46,751 nucleotides of DNA, from NCBI GenBank assembly GCA_000165425.1, contig CT868028.1, positions 62,001 to 108,751 of the forward strand. Direction: 5' to 3'. The DNA comes from Paramecium tetraurelia (lineage: Eukaryota). The first letter of the stretch is position 1; every line of letters begins with the position of its first letter. Shown in pieces: positions 25,365 to 37,603 of this stretch. Under the pieces are notes generated by a model that worked only from the letters and a program-made list of their open reading frames with translations, ran no database searches and had not been told where the DNA came from. Both the position numbers and the translations under genes were made by a program.

Positions 25365-25988
25365 GCATTTACAAGACTGATTTTAATTGATATTTTCAAT
25401 TTATACTATTTAATTTGATAAGGCAAGATTGTTTTCAATAATTTAGTTTTATTCTGATTCCTTTTACTTAAGAAATTGTTCTAGAACATAATATATTGGA
25501 TCTTCTAGATTCCTGTTCCCGAAAGCAGACAATTCAAAGAATTCAAGGTCATTTTCTAAAGCAAATAATTTTCCTTCATCAAAACTTACTTGTCTCTTAT
25601 TAATTAAATCGCTTTTATTTCCAATGAGAACTTTGATTAAATCAGAAGGTGCTAATTATTTGGCTTCATTCATCCATTAATATACTCTCTCAAAAGATTG
25701 CTTGTTTGTGATATCATAGATGAAAAAAATAGAGTTCGCTTTTCTATAATAATTTTGACTTATTGATCGAAATGTCTCTTAACCTGCAGTATCCCAAAGT
25801 TATAGTTTAATCATTTTTCTCTAATATTCAACAAATTTATTGTGAAATTCAATCCCAATAGTTGGAGATAAATTTTAACAAAATTATTATTCTGCATGTT
25901 TCATGAAGAGTGTAGTCTTACCACTTCCAGAATCACCAACCAATACAATTCTTAATAAATACTCAAATTCTATTTATTTTTCAGTCAT
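25362..25988 (-). CDS. Rab-family small GTPase (single domain, intronless)
   Basis: LVGDSGSGKT, PTIGIEF, LWDTAGQETFRSI, IGNKSD, FELSA, C-terminal SCKC-TGA; 627 nt. Confidence 0.94.
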
Positions 25989-26173
25989 TTTTAATAATTA
26001 GAATTTATAATTTTCTTAAAACACACTTTGAGAGCGTTGATGACAGAAATAAACAGTTTGTTGAATTTTGAAATAATTGCATTTAAAAATAAAACATCAT
26101 AAATCTTAGTAATCTACAATTAATGGGATGATTATTACTTAAAAATATATATATATCTAAATTTTAATAATTA

Positions 26174-27476
26174 TCAATTCATTTAACTTGAAGCAAAATA
26201 AGCACTTAAGTTTCTCTATCTTTAAAATTAACTACTCTATCTTTTGCTTTGATTACTATCAAGATATTTTCTAAGTTATATTAATGATATACTGTTATTT
26301 AAGTCTATTGTGATCAACAAATATGCCTGGAACAATTCCAACATTTAATGCTTCATTGTTGTAATAGTTTTAATTAATTTTCATTTCAATAGCACTCATT
26401 GATTAATCTCTTTTTTTTTTGGTTTATTGTTCTTCAATTTGCATTATCAAATCTTATCGATACTATTTTTACTTCTCTACCTTCCTATACAGATCATCCT
26501 AATCCTTTCTCTTGTATTGCTCATTCACAACTCCATAATACTCCAATTCCTATGATTTCTATTATTATTCTCGCTCTTTCCATTGTCGCTTGTATTCGAT
26601 TTAGTCCATGATAGAATTATAGGTTTCTTTGTTTTTCTTTTGTCTGATAGCTCTCTCTATAATTTATCTTTGCTCATCCTGTTGTCTCTTCTATTCAGCC
26701 GCCTCCTTTATTATTTTATTCTCCATTTCACTTTTTTCTCTTTCTTTTTGTATATAGATTTAATTATATCTTTCCAACAATCCTTCATTTTGATGATAGT
26801 TCTGTTTTAATTTATTCAAGAACTAATATAAATAGTGAAGTAATACATTTCGTCTTTGTTCCTCATCCTATTGTAGTTTATTGAGTTCTTCTTACATGCT
26901 TTACTTTTCAAATAACTTTGTTTTAACCTGTTCAAATTTTTTCTTATCTTCCATGTCTTTGTAGGATTAATTTAACTCATAAATAACTTTGTTTTTTTTA
27001 TTTTATTTTTCAATTAGTTCTTCCTTAAAAATTTATTAATTTCTAAACATTTGTTCGCTAATCTATTGTTTTTCATTTAAATTCTATTGCTTTTAAAGCA
27101 CCCTCTTAATTTCTTACTATTCCAAACTATATTTAGCGAATTCAGCCTCCTTTTATTTCAATTATTGGTATTTCTGAAATTATTCAATGTCTTGCCTCTA
27201 CAAACTTTGTTATACTTAATCTGTATATTGGTTAGTATCAAAGCTTTCTGAGTTCTTTTTTTTCCTTTCCTGCATTGCAGTTTGAAGTTCTTGTCTACAT
27301 ACGATTTCTATATTAAGTTACCTGTATTGCAATTTGCGTTGATAGTCCTCGTATTTTAGTAATTGTTATTGCTAATCAGACTGAGAATTTTGCTATTGGA
27401 TTAATCTGCTCCATTCTCCTGTGGGATCTAAGAATTGTTAATATATATTATTACTATTATTGCAATATTTATTCAT
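26174..27476 (-). CDS. Q/E-rich coiled-coil hypothetical protein
   Basis: Code-6 frame MNKYCNNSNNIYQQFLDPTGEWSRLIQQQN..., tiny introns, TGA at 26174-26176. Confidence 0.75.
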
Positions 27477-27581
27477 TAAATAAAATTATATTGTCAAATT
27501 TTGACTAATTAATTAGAATATGTGATTGAAAGAAATTGGTAATTTATACACTAACAAGATTTAAAAAAATGAATTATATTC

Positions 27582-28180
27582 TCATTCAGAAGTCTTGAAA
27601 TATTCACTAAAGCTTGAATGTTTTCGAATGGACATGGTGAGTTCGTATGTCTAGATTTTAGATTCTAAGACTCTGTACTCTTCGCAGACTTTTTAATGAG
27701 AATCAAAGAGCAGGTTATATTGTTCTCCAAACTCAAGGATTTTCATCTATTGTTCTTGGACCAACTATTTGAGTTGCTCATTTTCATAGGCCAATTTCTA
27801 ATTGGCAAGGGCTTCACTCTTCAATTCGCAATTTTCATTTAGGAGCATCAGCATTCTTTTCTCTAATTATAAAATTTCAGGATAATTATTATTTAAACTC
27901 CTAGTTTAACTTTGTTCCAATTTATTGATTTCTATTGAGCTAATATAACATATCTACTTTGTTCTAATTCATTGATGTAATCATATATGGTTGTACTGTC
28001 CTTTCTCTTCGAAATGGTGCTGGATTGGTAATTTTTGAATTGATTTTCGTTTTTCTAAAAGGGACTACATTTAACTCCTGAGTTGGCTTAAACCTTAACC
28101 AATCTCTCCGGGGTAGTGAAATTGCCTTGCGAAGTTCTCACGGTGTGAAAGGACTAACAAGGTGATCTGTGGACTTTCAT
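27582..28180 (-). CDS. small coiled-coil hypothetical protein (frame irregular near 27940-27960)
   Basis: MKVHRSPCQSFHTVRTSQGNF...IYDYINELEQ../..IEINKLEQ...LEKRMLMLLNENCELK...TSE-TGA. Confidence 0.65.
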
Positions 28181-28640
28181 AACTATTTATTAAATTATTC
28201 AAATTCCAAATAAGCAACCGATTATTATAAAATAAACTTAGTAATATTATTGACATCTTCTTTTAGAATTTAACCGGAAACTTAAAGTAATAACGTGATT
28301 CTCATTCTGCACTTGGAAGGGGTAGCAATTTGATGAGTATACATGAAAAAGAATTCAAGCGAAAAGATCACATAACATCTTTTGTGGGAAATAAGGATGT
28401 GAGTCGAAATAGAGACAAGTTTAAGAATGATTCTGCGAAACTAGCATCAGTTTCTTTGTTTAGTTGCATTCTAGTGTGCAGATTTTGTTTTGCCTGAAAT
28501 TATAGTTATATCTTAGATTTTATGGATGATGAGTGTGGATACGAATAGTTTGATCGGTAAGGTAAATGATAAGTAAAATCAAGAGGAAAAATGTAGAGTG
28601 CAAGTAAGATATTTTAACATTATAATATGAGGATGTTAAA

Positions 28641-28868
28641 TCATGATTTCATTTAGTTAAGATGAGATTTGCTTTTTACCACTTTAGCAACAATAGCCCA
28701 AGCATTTTGGAGGAACTCTTCAGTTCTGGCTATTTCTTCTCCCAACTTCCTTAATTCTTCCCTCTTCTTTTGTTCTTCGCAATTCTTCTTTCGGAACATT
28801 TATTTCCAAGAGCAGGGTTTCTTTGTAATTGATTTGGATGCAGAAGGCAAGCTCTTTTCTTAACTCAT
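28641..28868 (-). CDS. short hypothetical protein (75 aa)
   Basis: MSQEKSLPSASKSITKKPCSWKQMFRKKNCEEQKKREELRKLGEEIARTEEFLQNAWAIVAKVVK...-TGA; AT-rich context upstream of the ATG. Confidence 0.55.
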
Positions 28869-28904
28869 TATTTTTAATTTTTTAAGTAATTTAAACTATG
28901 TTAG

Positions 28905-29080
28905 TTCACTACTCAAAACGGATATAGCAAAAACGATCTCTCGTTTCTCTCATGATTGGATCGCAGAACTACGGTATTCAAGGGGAAGAATCAAGTTGAA
29001 ACCTGAATTACTGCCCAATCAACGAATAGCTAATTAGTAGATATTTGATTTTATTTGACAGTCGAGTACTACTAATTAAT
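28905..29080. ncRNA. candidate structured non-coding RNA, family not recognised
   Basis: Non-coding island richer in GC/CpG than its flanks, with nested complementary segments (see findings); no diagnostic snRNA, SRP or telomerase motif seen. Confidence 0.35.
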
Positions 29081-29166
29081 TTGTTTAATCAATTTTTGTT
29101 ATATGTGTATAAATATATTAGTATATAACTATATATTCATAAAATTAAATTATTACTTCAGGTAAT

Positions 29167-30560
29167 ATGAAAAAGTTCAGAGAATTAAAAAAGAACGGGG
29201 ATGGAACATTTGGAGTGGTGATCAAGGCTGAAGACATGTAGAGTCATGATTTGGTCGCCATCAAAAAGATGAAATAGAAGTATCACAATTTTGAAGAATG
29301 CACTAACTTAAGAGAAGTTAAAGCTCTGATGAAACTTTAAAATCACCCAAACATTGTCAAGCTTAAAGAACGTAAGAATTGATTCAAATTAGTGTTTCTG
29401 GACAATGACACTCTCTGTCTCGTCTTTGAGTTCGTAGACAAAAGCATCTATCAAATGTACATCCAGCAAAAAGAGATGGTAACCAAATATAAGATGGAGC
29501 TTAGGGCAAAACCATTCCAGAAGACCAAATCAAATCCCTCATTTACCAAGTAGCCAATGGACTCAGTTACATGCATAAACATGGCTACTTTCATCGAGAT
29601 CTCAAACCAGAAAATCTCTTGGTCTCTAACAACGGCGTTGTCAAAGTTATAGATCTTGGATGCGCAAGAGAAATCAGATCAAGACCACCATACACAGATT
29701 ACATTGCCACCAGATGGTATAGGGTAAATTCTTTCAATTAATTCAATCCAAGGCTCCAGAGATTCTATTGAAACAAGCCAATTACAATAGTCCAGTCGAT
29801 ATATTCGCTCTAGGTTGCATCATGGCTGAATTGTTTTTAAATCGACCTCTGTTTCAAGGCAATTCAGAATTAGAATAATTCAATAAGATCCTTTCCACTC
29901 TTGGGTAATTTCATTATTTAACTTAGTACTTTCACTTAATCCGAATGGCCAGAAGGATGTAGACTAGTCTCCTAAATGGGATTAGCATTAGCATAATTTT
30001 AACCTCTCTAATTACAATAGCTCATACCCAATGCCAGCACTGAAGCCTTGAATTTATTGACTCAAATGATTAGATGGGATCCCAATAAGAGAATCACTGC
30101 CACTCAAATGTTAACTCATCCATTCTTCTACAACATTGAAAAAATTGCACCTCCCATCATTTTTGAAGAGCAAGTCAAATCTAAAGATGAATTGAAATTT
30201 CCAGAAATGGAAAAAAAACCCAAATCTTACAGTCAAAAAGAAGAACCTTAGAATCAATTCAAACAAAAATAATTTGTGCAATAATAACCGATGGAAGACG
30301 ATAGCAATGATCTAGATGACATTTTGGATTTCATCACTACTGAAAATAAACCCCTGCCTTCCAAATAATCTACCTAATCTTCCAAGAGTTTAGAATATGG
30401 GGAATACGTTCCATCTATTCCTTAAAATAGATAACCGAGGAATTTGTAATCAAGCTAATTATAAGAATAATAAAAAAAGGACAATAGTTCGATCTACGAT
30501 TTTAGTCATTTGCAGAGTTTCAAACCTGCCAAAATGCCTAATACAAATTCTAAATATTGA
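29167..30560 (+). CDS. MAK/ICK-like (RCK family) CMGC kinase
   Basis: [67 protein letters not shown] (TDY loop); four tiny introns. Confidence 0.94.
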
Positions 30561-31248
30561 TCAGTGATTCTAGGTTTTTTTGTTTAAGTTATTTTGATGT
30601 TTCAATTAAATAAATTTTTTTCAAAAATTCACTTCAATACCCAATGTATTCAATGCTTTCTATGCTTTTGTTCTTCCATCATAAATTATGTATAAAATAA
30701 CTGCATTCTATACAATATTCGATTATTTATTTAGTTTTAATTTATTTATTAATTTAATTGATGACAATCCATTAATTTTGTCAATTCCCCATTCTATTTT
30801 CTTTGGGTATTTTTTATACTTTATTACATTTCAATTTACTTATAATATATATTTTTTTACATTCAATTATATAAGAAAGGTTAAACAAATAAATTATTAA
30901 CAATTTTGAACTATTTAAAAAATTGCGAGGTACCATAATATTCTAATTCATTTAATCATTATAAATATCTGGCTCTAATCTATTTATTTCAACTTCTGGG
31001 AATTCAATGAAGAATATTTTTAAATTCTTCTTTTTAATTAAAAAAGAAAGAAAAATTAGCAGATAAATTGATTTTAAATACTTGCTGGATTTATATGGAT
31101 TTTTGTTAAAAGATTGTAGGATATAGAATATTTAGTAAGTAAATTTATAATAATCAATTACTTAAAAAAAATTATTTTAAGTATCTAGAAACATTGTGTT
31201 TTAAAATTGATACTTAAAAATCCTTATCTTACAATCTTTATTTCAGAC

Positions 31249-32159
31249 TCATTTAGAAAATAGTTTCATTTGTTAAGTAGTTTAATTTATCAATAATTTA
31301 TGGATTTACTTATGATTTTGAATTAACACTTTCTATAAATTGCTTAATTTTACTGTAATTCTATCCCAATTCTTATAAACCATTTGTCTTTGGGATTTCG
31401 AATTTTTGTTCTTACTAAATATAAGAATTCTAATTGCTTTTTCCTTCTTCAACCTTTACTAATTCTTCCAATTTAGTTAATTACTAATGTTTTTTTAGTT
31501 CCTTTAACTTTTTTGTTTCTTACTTACTCAGACTGACACCATCCATTTTTAACTTTGACTAAATTAATTATAAACTCATGTTGACTCCTCGGGCAATATT
31601 TTCTGGAGCTTTTTCATCTGGATTGTTGTCCTTCGAGATTGTTTATTATACATTGTAACAGCCAGTTTGCAGTTCTTCCAGTTGTGCTAAGATTTCCTAT
31701 TAGAGTCTTCTTTTGAGTTATTTTTCTTCCTTTCTACTCAGAACTTTTTCTTCGGTATACATCTAAAATATTTTAATAAGTTTATTTTATATACTTTAGA
31801 ATGTTTAATATTAATGTATTCTTAGTTCGATCGTCCCAAAGGGTCTACTACAATTATTTTAAGGAGTGATTGTATCTCTACTCTTTCTCTTCTGCTGGTC
31901 TTCTTCTCCCTTCTGCCTTCCTGCTCATACGTTTGTAAAATTGCCTTGCAGGTACAGGCCTTCGTTTTAAACATTTCAGCCACCTATTCCAATAGAAAAA
32001 TCCACTTACATTGCATAAAGACAACTTCTCAACCGTCAAGGCTTGGAGAATTTGAGATCGTGTTTCTTAAGAAATTTTTTGATAAGGTCTTTTTGGTTTA
32101 TTCGCCTCAAAAGTCGATTAAACAGACTAATTTCGGAGTTGTTCAACTTGTTATTCCAT
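31249..32159 (-). CDS. hypothetical protein with an N-terminal helix-turn-helix (homeodomain-like) motif
   Basis: KRPYQKISQETRSQILQALTVEKLSLCN/VAEMFKTKACTCKAILQTYEQEGR has HTH spacing; two introns; TGA at 31249-31251. Confidence 0.65.
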
Positions 32160-32638
32160 GGGGAATGGGAAATATAATATACTAATTATTTATTGGGAAT
32201 CTTTTTTTCCAAACCATATAAATTATTTTTCTAATTTAGATTTGATGATTGTTAATAAATTATAATGTTTTATGGATTTATTTAAGAATTAAAAATTATT
32301 TATTTTTTCCTTTGAATTTATTATAATATTCAATCAGATGGTAATGTTTATATAGACTCAAATAGAAAAGATAGCAAAGATTTAAATTTTTTTTATTTCT
32401 TCCTTATTCAAATTATTAAATTCTTTATTGATATATCAACCATTTAATTAAATATGAGAATAATTTTTTTAATTCTCGATTTCAATTCAATATCAATTTT
32501 AGCCCTTATGAATAAAGATAGGAAAGTAATTACGGGATGTATGTTTTATTTCTATTTATTTTTCCAATTGGCAAAGTGTAATAAATGATATTTAAAATTT
32601 AATATTAGAAAAAAGAGTTTAAAAATTAAAATTTATAC

Positions 32639-33703
32639 TCAGTTGATTCTTCCCTTGATGTAACTGGAAGCACCTTCTAATTTGGTAGCCAAGATTTATT
32701 CAACCTATCTGATGATACTGATTTCAGTTGATCTTTATTCAGTATCTCTGGCATATAATGATCTCCAATTATCACATTGAGCCTCCTTCATCTTCTTTCC
32801 ATTGGTAGCAGACTCTAATTCTCTTCCTGCATCATACTTTCTCTTTTTAGCAGCAGCCAACATATGCTCAACCTAAACAACCTTGGTTTCAGCTTCAGCC
32901 TTAGCAGATTGAATGGCTTCTCTTTATTCTTCAATTTAGTAAATTTAAGCTTCGAAATTGAGTTAGGATTGGATCTCTTATTCTCTGTCATCAATTAAAG
33001 CTTATTCCAAGGAGGCTCTCAACTCTCCAATTTTAGCTTAAACGCTTTATAATTTTTCAGCTGAAAATGTTGAAGCTAACTAAACGAGAGCAAGGATGGG
33101 ATTCTCTCCACCGACTCTTTCTAATTCAGCAAGTACAACTTCAGCATCAGCTTCAGGTTGGATGGCACTTAATTTGGCAGCAATAACGTCAAGAGCTTCA
33201 ACTACTTTTGGTGTTTAAATTTCTCTTTCCTCATAAGCAGCATGATCTTCAGCTCTTTGTTCTCTCAATTATTCTTCTTATTAGTTGAGGATATTTAATT
33301 AAATAACTTAATTCTCAATTTCTTATTCCAAAAGTTCGATATCAGAAGTGTATTTATTAATATCCATAGTTGCTTCAGTGATTTCATTTGAAGCGAATTC
33401 AATTCTTCTATTGTATCCATAGATTTCAGCTTCGCAATCAGCCTCTTAAGCAACGTGAACTAATTCAGCATCTTATTATTAAAGAACTAAATTCTCTCTT
33501 AAATCTTAAAGCATTTTAGCAATGTCAGATAAAGGAGATTGGTTTTTCATTTGGAGGGCGATTGTGTCAAGAATCTTTTTTCCTAAAGGATTATCCTCAA
33601 GGTTCTCAAGCTAGGCAAATACTGCAGCATGTGGATTTGAAGCATGTTTAATCACAACTGCCTATGTAAATGCTATCAAAGCTAAACAAATTAAGAACTT
33701 CAT
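32639..33703 (-). CDS. trichocyst matrix protein-family precursor (intronless, 354 aa)
   Basis: Signal peptide MKFLICLALIAFTQA; LGKKILDTIALQMKNQSPLSDIAKMLQDLRENLVLQQQDAELVH..QEADC, the TMP/GRL pro-region plus acidic helical repeat pattern. Confidence 0.85.
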
Positions 33704-33942
33704 TTTAATTAGTATTAATCAAAGAATATCGTTTTTGTCTTCAAAGCAATCTGTTAGTTTACTGTTTAAGTTTTTATTAATTTATTATATGGAACGGCTA
33801 TTAAAATAACATTAATTCTATAAATTTATAAAGCTAATGAATTTTTTAGCCTATTATTTAATAAGAATTAATTAATTACTAAAATAACTAAATAAAATAC
33901 TCTTAAAACAATAGTTCAATAAAATTAATGATTAATATTTGA

Positions 33943-34287
33943 TCAAAAACAACATTCGCAATCGAAAGGGCATAAATTAGTATTGCCACCTTTACCAATT
34001 TTTAAGTCATCTGTACTATACACTTTATACCCTTCCTCTGTGTATTTTGTTTTGCTTTGCTCTTACTTGGAGTTTTGGAATCTCTTGGCTTATGGATTTT
34101 TGGCAGCTTATGGGTTTTGAGTTTTTTTGGATTTTTCTGATTTTTTCTATTTTTGTTCCTGATTCCCTTATTCATTTTAGACTTAATCAGGATTATTCAC
34201 CCTCTGTTTATTTTGTTTTTTTATAGGCTTAAAGATATCGTTGATGTCTTTATTGGAGATTGGCTTTTACTCTTTTTTTTTACCCAT
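33943..34287 (-). CDS. DUF1764-family protein
   Basis: INDIF near the N-terminus and C-terminal TEEGYKVYSTDDLKIGKGGNTNLCPFDCECCF-TGA. Confidence 0.88.
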
Positions 34288-34357
34288 AAAATAATTTATA
34301 AATAATATTGGGGAAATATTGTATGTATTTATTATACAATTAATATGATTAAGCTCA

Positions 34358-35667
34358 TCATTCTGCTTAGGCAGCTCCCTTTTGAACTGAGAAATATTTA
34401 ACTTTGATGTCTTGTTCCTCTTAGACGGCAGCCTTAGTAGCATCGCTTAAGGAAGCAGCAACTTTGTTGAAAGCAGCTTTTGAGGCCTTCTTAAGTGCCT
34501 TATTCTAAGGGAAATATAATGATTAATGAATACCTTCTTGATCTTCTTTGTTCCCTTGGTGTTGGCTTTGATGGCAGCAACGGCAGCAGCTCTTTGTTTT
34601 TTAGCATATGGGTTCAATCTGTCCATAGCCTTGGTGTTCTTCAATGGGTTCTTCTTTTAGACATCATGGAGGACTTTGGTTGTCTTGGCTGGTTGAACCT
34701 TCTCTTAGACTTAGTTGGAGTTGATGATTCTAGCCAAATCTGGGTTGGTGAGGAGTGGTCTCAACAATTGATATCCGTCCTTGAGAACTGAAGCATATCT
34801 GTATGTTCCGAACAATTTATCGAGGTGGGCAAAGGCGCTTTAAGTCCAAATGACGAATCTTCCCAATTGACCTCCTGGGGCAAGTTAGAGGAGATTTAAT
34901 CTGGTGACATTGACGACTTCAACTCCTGGGACATCTAATGGATTTATCGATGAATGTAATTACTTCTGAAGGCTTTCAACAATTTGGCATTCTCGTTGAA
35001 GTAGACAACCAATGGTCCCTTTCTGACTCTGTATTTCTTTCCTCTTTATTTGCTGATTCCAGCTCTGACAACTTTGGTGGAAACAACCTTTTAGACATCT
35101 TCAAAAGCACCGAATCTCTTCAAGAAATTGAGAGCATCAGTAGTCTTTTCATATGATTCAATCTTGTCTTCAACAACAAGTGGGATTTATGGGACTTAGC
35201 TGATTCTGTGACCTCTAGCCAATACCAATGGGACAATTCCTGTGGCGGCAACAGCTGTGGCAGCTGCATGTCTCTTTTATTTGATATTGACTCTTCTGTG
35301 CCATCTTCTCCATACTTTGATTGGTAAACTCATTCTTCCCTTTCTGCATTGATTACCAAAGGCAGCTTGGCCAGATCTGTGTGTTCCTGATCCAGATACT
35401 CTTGGAATACGAGCTACGGCTCTACCAGTACCCCAGGATTCAGCACTGTGTTACATACCGGCTTATGGGTTGACAGCATGAGCTATAAGAGAAGATTATC
35501 AAAATTCAAATACCTTGTCTTCTGTTCTTAGCAATGTTAGTATGAACGAATGAGACGATATCTGGTCTAATTGGTGTTTAGAACACAGCTGGAAGTGGGA
35601 TGTGTTTGGCTGTGACCTTGGTTGAGTCGTCGGCTGAAAAAACTGATACTAAAGGAACGGATGTCAT
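34358..35667 (-). CDS. RPL4: 60S ribosomal protein L4 (uL4)
   Basis: [76 protein letters not shown]; three tiny introns. Confidence 0.98.
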
Positions 35668-36062
35668 TTCTTAAGATATTTTTTTAAATAAAAAATTTGG
35701 GTTTTTAAATTCTTGCCATTAATTAATATATGATAAAAGACTAATGTAAATACAATTCAAATATTCATTTGCTTTACATTACCAAGACTTTAACAATTCA
35801 GCAAAGCAACTCATTATTAGAATACTTCCTATTCCTCTATGAATAAATAAATAAAATTGGATTAGTGAACCCCTTATTTTAATAAGTCTTATTAATACGA
35901 TTCTTATTTTATAATAATTGTCATTATTCATATTAGAAGAACAAACAAAGGTTTCATTAAAATGGAAGAAAAGTTAAACCTATCTTAATTTTTAGATATT
36001 ACAAACTAAAACATTATTATTTTTGTTTATTTTCATTTATTAAAAATGAACATCATAATTAA

Positions 36063-37543
36063 TCATTGTGTTGGCTGCATGGCCCTGTAGGAAGTTTAAA
36101 AACCTCTTTCTCCATCTTCTTCAAAATGATGCATTCTTAAGTCCTTCTATAGTTATGCATCCAACTTATTAGGAGGACCTTGTCTAGTGCCATATTCTGA
36201 ATTGTGAGTATTGTATGTTCCTATCTAACTTCCATAAACAAAATGCTATCTTCTTAAATCTTTGAGTTGATCTTCACTCAAAGCATTAGGTTGTGGAGTA
36301 ATTTGACTAGTTTTTGATGGATATTCAATAGGGTCAGTTCCCAATTAAAAATGATGTTATCTTAAATCTCTTATCTAATTTCTATCCAATTTAAATTAAT
36401 CTACTTTTTCTGGTATCTAGTAACTAAACTATTATTATTATAGATTACTTTCTATTGTTCTCAGTATTATAATCTACTTGTTCATCTCCAAATTTGACAG
36501 CTGTGATTCTGGGATCTTTGACAAGTTCTGGTTTCTAAGTATTTGGATTAGCATAATTAGTAGCATAACTAGTTTGATAGTATCGATCATTCAAGAATCC
36601 ATGAGTACCAATGGTCAATGAACTGGTAGGTAAGTTTGGTTATGATACTGCAATGGCTGTTTTTTAGAACATTGATTATTTTGTTGTTTAAGGCATTTCT
36701 GCTTTTTGATAAGCAAAATCAAAATGAGCTGTTCTTAAATCTAATAAAACTTCTTTATTGACTCTAATGACTTCTTTATTCTATTATCCTTGGAAGGCAT
36801 CTTTGTTCTGTGAACTCTTGACTGTAGGATCTTCACCCAAGACAAGATGAGACTCTTTAAGAAATTTCTCCAGATTTCCTTTGTTGTGGGTTTGGGGATT
36901 CTGTTACCCATCATGATATCGAGCGTAATGAGTAGTGTAATCCATTGGATTCTAAGATGATTGATGAATGATACATTTCCTATATTGATATTGGTCTTGC
37001 GAATATCTGGTGCATGATATTCTTCCTTTTAAACGTGATATTCCTTGTTTGTGTCTTGATATGTTGTTGTGAAGTAAGTTTTCAGATCTCCAAAGTCGTG
37101 ATGATGTTTACGAATATTTACTTATTGTTTCTTCTGGATATCCAAAGGCTGATTCTTATATTGGGAATATTCAGTTTCACTTGGGACACTGTGGAATCCC
37201 AATTTAAAATGATGATTACGTAGATCTTTCTAGGTTTCTTCAGACAGTTGTGCTTTTTATGATTCTTTTGGATTAAATGATAATTTTGCAATAGATTAAT
37301 AATTGACATTGTCTTCTCCTAATTCAAAATGGGCTTTTCGAGGATTTGCTATGTATGCTTCAAAGTGCTTAGCTTCTTCAGTAGTTGGCAATTCCTTATC
37401 CGGTTTTTTGGCAGTATAATCATCCACGTAATTAGTACTGCCAGAGGCTAACATGATATGTAATTGACTATACATTTATCAAACCCAACTGTAAAATGAG
37501 CCTTACGAAAATCATTCATTTGTTTCTTTATGTCACTACTCAT
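36063..37543 (-). CDS. repeat protein with about 12 (L/I)RxxH(F)x(L/F)G motifs; putative axonemal microtubule inner protein
   Basis: FRKAHFTVG, PRKAHFELG, LRNHHFKLG, IRKHHHDFG, LKESHLVLG, LRTAHFDFA, LRQHHFQLG, LRRQHFVYG, each followed by a T/S-x-Y/F segment. Confidence 0.75.
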
Positions 37544-37603
37544 TAATATTAAACTTAGAAATAATTATTATATATTAAATTTATATTTGTTGTTTAATCC
37601 TTC

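Noticed and set aside
28230..28570. Coding-like plus-strand stretch
   Set aside because: Only short frames closed by TGA and no recognisable domain; cannot be supported as a gene.
28952..29025. SECIS element (ATGA-N11-AA pattern)
   Set aside because: No 3' GA quartet partner, the loop is too long, and it lies upstream of both flanking genes rather than in a 3' UTR.
29030..29065. Telomerase RNA (CTGTCA motif on the minus strand)
   Set aside because: The required C-rich telomeric template does not follow the motif.
29650..29660. DLG instead of DFG in the MAK-like kinase as inactivating
   Set aside because: The Asp is retained and DLG occurs in active kinases.
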